Positions 8,760 through 16,098 of a stretch of 62,126 nucleotides of DNA are shown one piece after another; position 1 is the first letter of the stretch; each line of letters begins with the position of its first letter. The stretch covers positions 1-62,126 of the IMG/VR virus record IMGVR_UViG_3300012940_000027; one strand, written 5' to 3'. The position numbers were made by a program, and so were the translations under genes. The stretch is from a virus (taxonomy: Duplodnaviria > Caudoviricetes). The notes under the pieces are model-generated. The model was not told the origin of the DNA and did not search any database. It saw nothing but the letters and a program-made list of their open reading frames with translations.

Positions 8760-9186
8760 CCACTGCATCAGCCTGGGGCACCGGCCTGCCGGTGATGCGG
8801 GCGATGGTTCTGCGCAGGGTGGCCGAGGTGCAGTAGAGCCGTTTCTCGCCGCCAACGTGAACGATGACGCGCTCGAAGGCGCTGGGAACGGTGAGGTGCG
8901 CGGCGTTCACCGCCAGCTCGATCGGCTCGAAGTGATCGCGGCGCTTGCGGGCGTAGGCCAGCAAGCCTCGCGTGCCGTGGCGCAGGGCGGCAATCTGGTG
9001 AGACGCCTCGGCGCGGGTCTGTGGCTCGGGCATGGTGAGGGCAATGGCGATGACCTTGGTCCGGAGCAGCCAGCCGGAGGCGGGCATGGTCGGGTGGCGG
9101 TTGAAGATGCTGGCGGTGTGGCGGAGCTGGCGCTCGATCAGCTCCGCACCCGAGCGGAGCTGATTTGTGGTCGGTGTGGTCGGCAT
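8752..9186 (-). CDS. Hypothetical protein
   Basis: AGGAG RBS before ATG 9186. Confidence 0.55.
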   Translation of the reverse strand: MPTTPTTNQLRSGAELIERQLRHTASIFNRHPTMPASGWLLRTKVIAIALTMPEPQTRAEASHQIAALRHGTRGLLAYARKRRDHFEPIELAVNAAHLTVPSAFERVIVHVGGEKRLYCTSATLRRTIARITGRPVPQADAVVA

Positions 9187-9197
9187 GGATCGCTCTC

Positions 9198-9515
9198 CTA
9201 GCAGGCGGTGACGTGCAGCAACATCTGGGCGGCGGTGCGCATCCCCCAGGTGGGGAAGGAAACGCGGGAGACCTCCTGCCACTGCTCGGCGCCGGCGTTC
9301 CAGGCCAGCTCGATCAGCACCGTCAACTCGGAGTCCACGGGGCGGTGCATTACCAGCGCCCGACCGGTTTCCTCCGGCAGTTTCACGGTGATCGCCTTGT
9401 TGAGCAGGGTGAGGAATCCGGCGTCGAGGTACTCGTTGAGCCGGAATGCAATCTCGTCGAGGCGCTCCAGATTGCGGGCGGTTTCCGGCTCGATGGTGAA
9501 CAGGACTGCGGACAT
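9198..9515 (-). CDS. Hypothetical protein
   Basis: SAS variant 9516-9526. Confidence 0.7.
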   Translation of the reverse strand: MSAVLFTIEPETARNLERLDEIAFRLNEYLDAGFLTLLNKAITVKLPEETGRALVMHRPVDSELTVLIELAWNAGAEQWQEVSRVSFPTWGMRTAAQMLLHVTAC

Positions 9516-9533
9516 CGGTCGTCTCCCTGGGGC

Positions 9534-9836
9534 TTAGGCGAACAGCGCCTTCAACTGGTCGGTCTCGGATTCACGGAGGGTGATCTGGGTCCGGGTCAGA
9601 TCGACCTTCCAGCAATGGAAGGTCTGGGAAAAGATCATGCGCTCGATCGTCACCGCCGGTTCGTCCGCGGCGAGGGTGGTCGGGGTCGCCACCGTGGCCA
9701 CGCCACCGCGCTCGGTGTGTCCATCGGCGTACTCCTTGGCCCAGGCGTTCGCGGCGAGGATGACGGCGCCGGGCTCGACCTCGCCCTCCAGGGCGCAAAG
9801 CAGTTCGCCGCGCTTCTCGACATTCAGCTTCCACAT
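9534..9836 (-). CDS. Hypothetical protein
   Basis: SAS 9840-9850; promoter 9889-9917. Confidence 0.7.
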   Translation of the reverse strand: MWKLNVEKRGELLCALEGEVEPGAVILAANAWAKEYADGHTERGGVATVATPTTLAADEPAVTIERMIFSQTFHCWKVDLTRTQITLRESETDQLKALFA

Positions 9837-9888
9837 GGTTGGTCGTCTCCTTTGTGGCTTCTTTTCGTAGCCCTGTGGCTACTTACTC

Positions 9889-9917
9889 AGTATAGCAATA
9901 ACGTTGCCATCGTGCAA
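9889..9917 (-). promoter_or_regulatory. sigma70-type promoter TTGCAC-17-TATACT with operators
   Basis: Operators 9903-9918 and 9867-9882. Confidence 0.85.
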
Positions 9918-9935
9918 CCATACGTAGCGTCACCA

Positions 9936-10727
9936 CTACGAATGATGGAAGCGCACCTGCGGCGGTCCGTCCCCCGCGGGCACCTCGGCCGCATCGGCAA
10001 AGAGCGCCGGCGCGGCCGCAAGCAACGTGGTGAAGATGGCGTAGGCGAACTCGCGGATGCCGAGGTCGGCGTGCTCGTCAGTGCGCAGGGCGATGATGTG
10101 GCGGGCCGCTCGGGCGTTGAGCGTAATCATGCCGTCGCTGGCCCGGCAGCCTGGCAGGACGCCACGGGCGGCCTCCTTCATGCGCTTGCGCTTCAGCGTG
10201 CCCTCATCCCCGGCCGATTCGGCCAGCCGGCGCAGTTCCTCATAGGCGGCAACCTGGCGCCGAATCCCCTCCTCGAAGATCGCCCTGGCCTCGGCCGAGC
10301 CGCGCAGCCGCGGCGGGATGACGAAGCGCAGGTGCTTGTCGGTGAAGCGAGTGGACTCCCAGGAATAGCCGGTGCCGGCGCGGTGGCGGACGAATTCGAG
10401 CTGGATGTCCCGCGCAACATCGGCGACGAGCAGGTTGAAGGTGACGTGCTCGATCACCGATCCGTGCCCGTGGGAGAGCACCGAGTCCTGAAGGTAACGA
10501 ACGCGGTCCCGGCTCCCGGCGTTGCCGAACGACAGGTAGCAGACCCGGCCCGCCCACTCGGCGACCGTGGCGGGATCGCCGGCGTTGACCTCCTCGGGAT
10601 CGATCGACGGCCATTCCTCGCCACGGTAGGCGAGATAGCCGGCGAAGGCGTCAGGGCGGGGCAGCGTCGATCCGACCAGGAAGACGCGGGGCGCGTGGTC
10701 GAGAAAGTCGATTGCGGTGTCCATCAT
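9936..10727 (-). CDS. thyX: FAD-dependent thymidylate synthase
   Basis: AGRVCYLS, GHGSVIEH, RHR...S..STRF, KEAARGVLP, NARA-RH, EIR-like GIREFA motifs. Confidence 0.9.
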   Translation of the reverse strand: MMDTAIDFLDHAPRVFLVGSTLPRPDAFAGYLAYRGEEWPSIDPEEVNAGDPATVAEWAGRVCYLSFGNAGSRDRVRYLQDSVLSHGHGSVIEHVTFNLLVADVARDIQLEFVRHRAGTGYSWESTRFTDKHLRFVIPPRLRGSAEARAIFEEGIRRQVAAYEELRRLAESAGDEGTLKRKRMKEAARGVLPGCRASDGMITLNARAARHIIALRTDEHADLGIREFAYAIFTTLLAAAPALFADAAEVPAGDGPPQVRFHHS

Positions 10728-10806
10728 GGATGCTCCGGGGTATTGGTCTGCGGACGGTTGGATATACTGCGCGGCGAGACGACCACCAGTTCAGAGGAGA
10801 CGACAG

Positions 10807-11355
10807 ATGCGAGGGGTGGTCGCCGTCGTGGCGGCATTGGTGATTGGCGGAAGTGTGCTGGCGGCCGAGCCGGCTCCGACGCCGCTCGGCAACGAGGCGC
10901 AGCTCGCGCCGGCCAACGTCACGGTGAAGGTGGCGGCGGTGCAGTTCGCCGACGATCCGACCGAGGTGATGCAGCTCGAACCAGGCGAGTTCACCGAGGA
11001 TCAGGCCGGGGTGATGGTCACGCTCGACATCACCAGCCACGAGCCGGAGCCGTTTCCGCTCAATGGCGTCTTCGAATTCCGCCTGATCGACGGCAACCTC
11101 CAGGAGCACAAGACCCCGTCGTCCGCTCCGACCTGCGGTAGCCCGGAGACCTTCTGGCTCTTTGCCGGCGAGCTCCGGCCGGAGGCGACCGGATCGATCA
11201 CGGTCTGCTGGCTCGTGCCGGCCGATGCGGTCGAAGGCTCGTTCATCACGTTGCGCTGGGCCGATTACGGCCAGGGCGAGCCGGTGCCGTTCGCGCTCAC
11301 ACCCGCTGCCGGCGCAAGCCCGGTCGCCTCTCCGGCGGCCTCGCCCGCACCCTGA
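10807..11355 (+). CDS. Secreted DUF4352-like Ig-fold protein (moron)
   Basis: Signal peptide, beta-rich body (F-L-D..ELRP..GSI..F/W-VP), Ala/Ser/Pro tail; opposite strand; GGAGACGACAG RBS. Confidence 0.65.
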   Translation: MRGVVAVVAALVIGGSVLAAEPAPTPLGNEAQLAPANVTVKVAAVQFADDPTEVMQLEPGEFTEDQAGVMVTLDITSHEPEPFPLNGVFEFRLIDGNLQEHKTPSSAPTCGSPETFWLFAGELRPEATGSITVCWLVPADAVEGSFITLRWADYGQGEPVPFALTPAAGASPVASPAASPAP

Positions 11356-11391
11356 CGTGAAAGCGGGGCCGGATGCCCGGCCCCGCTCCAC

Positions 11392-11691
11392 TCATTCCTG
11401 CTTGCTGCCGGTTGCTCCCGGAAGGAAGGGGCTGGTCGCCACCTTCACGGCGTCCCAGGCTCCACCAGCGGACAGCCCGGCAAAGAGACCGCCAAGCACC
11501 GTCTCGTAGCCGTTCAGCCCGGCGTCGAACGCGCCATTGATGAGCACCACGACCAGCAGGCCGAAGATCAGGTTCACCACCGGGGCGAAGCGCGTCGGCA
11601 GGCCGACCTGCTTGGCCACTTGCGTCAGGGCCGCCGTGAAGATCGCGCCGCCGCCCAGGCTGCTAAACAGGCTGCTCAGAGTATCATCCAT
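11392..11691 (-). CDS. Holin
   Basis: Small multi-TM protein (LTQVAKQVG..RFAPVV..GLSAGGAWD) after endolysin. Confidence 0.8.
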   Translation of the reverse strand: MDDTLSSLFSSLGGGAIFTAALTQVAKQVGLPTRFAPVVNLIFGLLVVVLINGAFDAGLNGYETVLGGLFAGLSAGGAWDAVKVATSPFLPGATGSKQE

Positions 11692-11744
11692 CGTTTTTCT
11701 CCGTTTCGTGGCTCAGGGGCCAAATCTGCGCTTTCTGCGCCCTC

Positions 11745-13328
11745 TTACTTCGGCTTGCTCCAGTAGGTGGAACCGTCGGACCAGCGGTAGACCTCGCCCT
11801 GGTCGCCCTCGATCCCACGGCGGATCACCTCGACCAGGAACGGCCACTTGCCGTCCTCGAAGGTGCCGCCGGCCGGGATGCTCTTCTTGCCCCGCGCCAG
11901 CCAGACCTGGGACGCTGCGCGGCTGAGATCGAACTCATACGTCTTGCCCCACGGCGCGACGTAGCTCTTGTAGTAGCGGCGGGCGAGCTGCTCGGTCATG
12001 CCGGCCGGAAGGGTGTGCTTCTCTTCCTCGACTGGCGGTTCCTCGGTGGCCGGCGGCGTCTCGGTGGTGATGCCGTAGGCGGCATCGACGGCCTCGCGTC
12101 CCGCCACGGCGGCGCGGCTCGGGAATCCGGCAGCATTGATGATCGCCAGATCATCAGCCATGAGGAGCGAGCCATGTTCGAGCACCAGACGAACCATGCG
12201 GTCGCGGTGCGCCGAGGTGTAGGCAAAAGTGGCCAGGCGGGCGTCGTACTGGATGGCGACCCCGGTCTGCGTCTCGCTCATCAGGCCCGGCTCGACCACA
12301 CCGGAGGAGCGGTACGGCAGCCCGGTGATCGCCCGCATCCGGTCGGCCCACTCACGTCCGACCTTGCGGTCGAGGATGTTGTTGGCCCAGGTGTCGGTCG
12401 AGAGCTGCGGCAAGGTGATCGCGGTGCCGAGGCCGGTAATGTCCGGCACGATGGCGAAGTGACCGCGGGCGTATGCGCCCTCGTAGTGCAGGTCGAGCAG
12501 CACGAGATCGCCGGGGTTGTTGACGCCCCACTGGTACGCCTTCATCGACACGGTGTCGAGACCGCCCACGGTGTCGTCCGGATCGGCGTCTCCGTCCACG
12601 TCGCGCTGGAGCCACCAGACCTCATAGCCAGCCGAGGCGAACTCGGTGTAATAGGCGGCGGCGAGGGCCGGCGTGCGGTCCTTTTCGTTGGGGTTCCCGG
12701 CATCGTTGTAGCTGCGATGCCCGGCGATGAGCAGCACTTTCGGTCGGCTCACGGATTCACTCTCCTTCTGCGGTTGTTCCGATGCCGTGGTGGTGGGTTT
12801 GATCCGCCCGAAGAGGGCGGCATAGCGGGCGACGAGCGCGGTGGCGTGGTCGGGGTTGGTGGCCCAATTGCCGTTGCCGAGATGGCCGACCTCGCTGATC
12901 CGGCCAAACGTCTTCACCCGATCGAGCGCGTCGTCCCAGCGCGGATCGAAGGTCACCCAGCGTGCTCCGAGCGGGAGCGCCCGGCCGTAGACGTAGGCCA
13001 TCGCGTGCGCGGCGAAGGCATGGGCGGCAGCCTCCGGTGAGGTGAAGGTGCCGCCGGCGTAGGTGCCGTCGTCGAACGCGGCGAGGCCGCCGATGTTGCC
13101 GTAGGTGACGAAGAGAGCCGACGTGAAATTGCCGGTCTCGAGCGCAGCGTCAGCAGCCCAGATGTCGCCACGCAGCCCGATCGCCCGGAGGTCGGCCAGC
13201 AGGACTTTGAGCACCTGGCGCGTGAAGGCCGGGCGCTTCGGATTAGTCGCCATGATGGCGTCGATGATCTGATCGTCGGTGAGCGGGGATACCCCGGTCA
13301 GCCGGGTGGTGAGCCGGATCGTCGGCAT
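11745..13328 (-). CDS. Endolysin: glucosaminidase(GH73)-like + N-acetylmuramoyl-L-alanine amidase (Amidase_3)-like
   Basis: ALETGNF..NIGGL..WATNP; LLIAGH..E..LHYE..LEHG zinc-amidase motifs. Confidence 0.75.
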   Translation of the reverse strand: MPTIRLTTRLTGVSPLTDDQIIDAIMATNPKRPAFTRQVLKVLLADLRAIGLRGDIWAADAALETGNFTSALFVTYGNIGGLAAFDDGTYAGGTFTSPEAAAHAFAAHAMAYVYGRALPLGARWVTFDPRWDDALDRVKTFGRISEVGHLGNGNWATNPDHATALVARYAALFGRIKPTTTASEQPQKESESVSRPKVLLIAGHRSYNDAGNPNEKDRTPALAAAYYTEFASAGYEVWWLQRDVDGDADPDDTVGGLDTVSMKAYQWGVNNPGDLVLLDLHYEGAYARGHFAIVPDITGLGTAITLPQLSTDTWANNILDRKVGREWADRMRAITGLPYRSSGVVEPGLMSETQTGVAIQYDARLATFAYTSAHRDRMVRLVLEHGSLLMADDLAIINAAGFPSRAAVAGREAVDAAYGITTETPPATEEPPVEEEKHTLPAGMTEQLARRYYKSYVAPWGKTYEFDLSRAASQVWLARGKKSIPAGGTFEDGKWPFLVEVIRRGIEGDQGEVYRWSDGSTYWSKPK

Positions 13329-13329
13329 C

Positions 13330-13536
13330 TCAGGACTCCTGACCGCGCACCTTTCGGTAGTGCGGGCTGTGGTGGTCGCGAATGATGGTGAGATGCGGGC
13401 GCTGGCTGTTGCGGCGCTCCTCGGCGACGACGGCCTCGACGCGGAGCATCCGGGCGTGTGCCCGGTTGAGCGTCTCCTCGACGTTGTGCCGTTCAGCCTG
13501 GCGCCGGCCGAGCCATTCCATCGCCCGGTTGAACAT
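13330..13536 (-). CDS. Small hypothetical protein (lysis region)
   Basis: Overlapping stop/start with neighbours. Confidence 0.5.
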   Translation of the reverse strand: MFNRAMEWLGRRQAERHNVEETLNRAHARMLRVEAVVAEERRNSQRPHLTIIRDHHSPHYRKVRGQES

Positions 13537-13796
13537 CACGCCGATCCCCCACGGGCGGCGTGCTCCAGCTCCTCGATGCGGTCGAGCAGCCGGCTGCGCT
13601 CCGCGGCCGCCTCGCGCCGCTGTTCGTCCACCAGCGAGTCGGCCCGCTCGGTCGTGCGATCGAGCTGCGCCGCCAGCCGGTCGTACTCCCGGCCGGTCAC
13701 CAGATCGCCACGGATCAGGGACCGGACGACCAGTAAGGCCAGGCCGACCGAGACGCTCCACCCGGTCGTATCGGTGGCAAAAGCTGTCCAGTCCAT
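13536..13796 (-). CDS. Membrane protein with coiled coil (holin-associated)
   Basis: One TM then RGDLV.GREY and coiled coil; GGAG RBS. Confidence 0.65.
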   Translation of the reverse strand: MDWTAFATDTTGWSVSVGLALLVVRSLIRGDLVTGREYDRLAAQLDRTTERADSLVDEQRREAAAERSRLLDRIEELEHAARGGSA

Positions 13797-13902
13797 GCTC
13801 CTCTGCTCGCTGAATCGCCATGCCGCCCCCAATTGCCAACGAGCTTACAATAGGTTGCCATATGGCAACACCTGATTGTAGGACGATCGGCGCCGGATCG
13901 AG

Positions 13903-14277
13903 CTAGGACAGCACGTCGCGCAGGCGCGGATCGTCCCTGAGCAGGGAACATAGGAGGGTGGAGGCGGCGCGGAGGCCGTCGATCACGTTGTCGAGGGACG
14001 GCTCGTCCTGGGCGGCAAAGGCGCGAAGCCGGGCCAGGCCATCACGGAGGGCGGCCAGCTCGGCGCTGACCATCTCCGGCGTGAAGTCGGCCATTGCCGC
14101 CGCCGGATCGGCATCGGCGGTGATGAGCAGCACCTCGGGCCGCCCGGCCTCGTCCATGCAGATCGAGACCGAGGTGACGGTGATGCCGCGGCCGGCCAGG
14201 AATTCGGTGACCGCCGCCGGGGTGTCCTCGCTGACGGCGGCCCGCTGGGTCTCATTCATCGCGATGGCGTAGTCCAC
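13903..14277 (-). CDS. Hypothetical tail-associated protein
   Basis: Follows tail genes. Confidence 0.55.
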   Translation of the reverse strand: MDYAIAMNETQRAAVSEDTPAAVTEFLAGRGITVTSVSICMDEAGRPEVLLITADADPAAAMADFTPEMVSAELAALRDGLARLRAFAAQDEPSLDNVIDGLRAASTLLCSLLRDDPRLRDVLS

Positions 14278-14281
14278 TTCC

Positions 14282-14974
14282 CTATTCCCTTTCCGCAACG
14301 ATGTCGAGCGACGGCGCACGGCAGCCGGTCGTCCCAGCGCTGTTCGAGTGGTAGAGCAGCCGGACGGTGATAGTTCGGCCTCCTTCGACGTGGAGGCGCT
14401 GGGTTGCAATGGGATAGGTCTCACGGGCGGTGGTCAGCGTCGCCGTGCCATTGGCGTACAGCCCGCCGTCGATCTCGATAGCGCGGCGCATCGAGCCGGA
14501 GGCGGAGTGCGAGAAGTTGCCCTGCGCCCGCACCTTCACCGTCCAGGTGCCCTCCGGCAGATCGATCGTGGTGGCCAGCGCCTCTTGCAGGTTGGCGGTG
14601 TCGGTGGTCGAGCTGACCGTTGCCGCCGTGGCCGAGGCCGACTCGTGGACCGAGTGCGGCGGATGATCGTGCTCCGGCACCCAGCCGCTTCCCACGTCGG
14701 TCTGGCCGTCAAGCAGCACCGAGCCGATCGCCACCTCGAACAGCCCCGGAATCCGGATCGTGATAACACCGTCGCCGATGTCGGCCGGCACGCCGCGCAA
14801 CTTGCGCACCTCGCGTTCGCCAGGCTCCCCTGGATCGAACGAGGCGACACGCAGGCGGCCGTTGTCGTTGATGCCGAGCACCTGCCAGTAGCCGACCATG
14901 CGGCGAATCGCCTTGGCCACGTCGTCGGAGAGCCGCACCCAGAGGCCCTGGGCCAGCGTCGAGTTCATCGCCAT
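14282..14974 (-). CDS. Minor tail/tip protein
   Basis: GGAGG RBS; beta-rich C-terminal domain; position. Confidence 0.6.
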   Translation of the reverse strand: MAMNSTLAQGLWVRLSDDVAKAIRRMVGYWQVLGINDNGRLRVASFDPGEPGEREVRKLRGVPADIGDGVITIRIPGLFEVAIGSVLLDGQTDVGSGWVPEHDHPPHSVHESASATAATVSSTTDTANLQEALATTIDLPEGTWTVKVRAQGNFSHSASGSMRRAIEIDGGLYANGTATLTTARETYPIATQRLHVEGGRTITVRLLYHSNSAGTTGCRAPSLDIVAERE

Positions 14975-16098
14975 TCCTCCGTGCGGTTCAGCTCGGACGT
15001 GATGATGCCCTTGGCCCCCTGGAGGGTCAGCACCCACGTTCGCCGCCACCACTTGCCGCCGTAGTGCTCGTTCTCGTGCCGCACATCCAGCTCGACGACC
15101 TGGTTGGCGTCGCAACCGAGGTCCAGAACGCTCTGCACGGTCAGCGTGCGGTAGAAGCTCGCCCCCTCGTCGAGGAGGCGCTCGGCCATCTCGCGGGCCT
15201 GGGCCGCCGTCTCGATCTGCGAGTCATCGACCGGATCACCGGCGAGGACCAGCGGGAAGGTGTCGGGGTCGTTCGGATCGTGATAGAGCGGATGATCCGG
15301 GTTGGTCACCCGTGCCGTGTAGGAGATCACCGGCTTGTCCGGCGAGATGTTGCGGACGGTCTGCTGGTTGCGCAGGCGGCCCCAATCCGGCTCGCTGCGG
15401 ATGGGTGGCACGAGTCGAGCCCGGCCCTCATGCGTTGAGAGCTTCAGCGCCGGCGTCGCTTCGGCCAGCAGGCGATACGGCCGGGTTCGGATGACGCCGT
15501 AGTCATCGCTCCAGACGGCGTAGTAGCTCGCCTTGGTGTAGAGCTCGTTGATGTGGGCCAGCGCCGAATCGCCAGGATTGATCGTGTACGCCTCGGCCAG
15601 CACGTAGGAGGTGTCGGGCAGGTTGAGCTGGCTCGGCATCAGCCCGGCGGCCAGGGCGATGTCGCGGGCCGCCACGCCGCAGTTCGTTCCGGCCGGAATG
15701 ACCACCGTGCCGGAGAACTGCCAGTTCGCCAGGAGAATGCACACATCCTGCGCTTCCAGCGAGCCGGACAGGCGGCCCGGTGTCAGTTCGGTCGTCGGCG
15801 GCGTGACGAGGAAGTGCCCCTTCGGCCGAGACTCGATCCAGCCGGAGCCGTCCGCCATCGTCACGACCGGGATCAGCCAGTCGCGCCACGGGGTCAGCCG
15901 GTCCGGATTGCTGATGTCGAGGCTCAGCTTGCGCTTGATCTGCGTGTCGTTGTTGTGCTCGATCCGGCCCTGAACCGGAACGTCGGTGGCGATGCGCTCG
16001 ATGCGATGCCCGTAGCGGTCCGAGCGCCACAGCTCCAGGCTGACCGCGAAGAGACCACCGGGGAGCGGACCGAGCGTCATGTCGATAAAGCTCATCAC
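14965..16098 (-). CDS. Tail hub/baseplate (Tal-like) protein
   Basis: Position after large tail protein; DDYGVIR..PY and AQAREMAERLL patterns typical of hub proteins. Confidence 0.65.
   Translation of the reverse strand: MMSFIDMTLGPLPGGLFAVSLELWRSDRYGHRIERIATDVPVQGRIEHNNDTQIKRKLSLDISNPDRLTPWRDWLIPVVTMADGSGWIESRPKGHFLVTPPTTELTPGRLSGSLEAQDVCILLANWQFSGTVVIPAGTNCGVAARDIALAAGLMPSQLNLPDTSYVLAEAYTINPGDSALAHINELYTKASYYAVWSDDYGVIRTRPYRLLAEATPALKLSTHEGRARLVPPIRSEPDWGRLRNQQTVRNISPDKPVISYTARVTNPDHPLYHDPNDPDTFPLVLAGDPVDDSQIETAAQAREMAERLLDEGASFYRTLTVQSVLDLGCDANQVVELDVRHENEHYGGKWWRRTWVLTLQGAKGIITSELNRTEEWR

Noticed and set aside
3571-9921. CRISPR-like array from recurring GTTGC..GCAAC and GGTCGTCTCC motifs
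   Set aside because: Repeats are short, irregularly spaced by whole genes, and no cas genes are present
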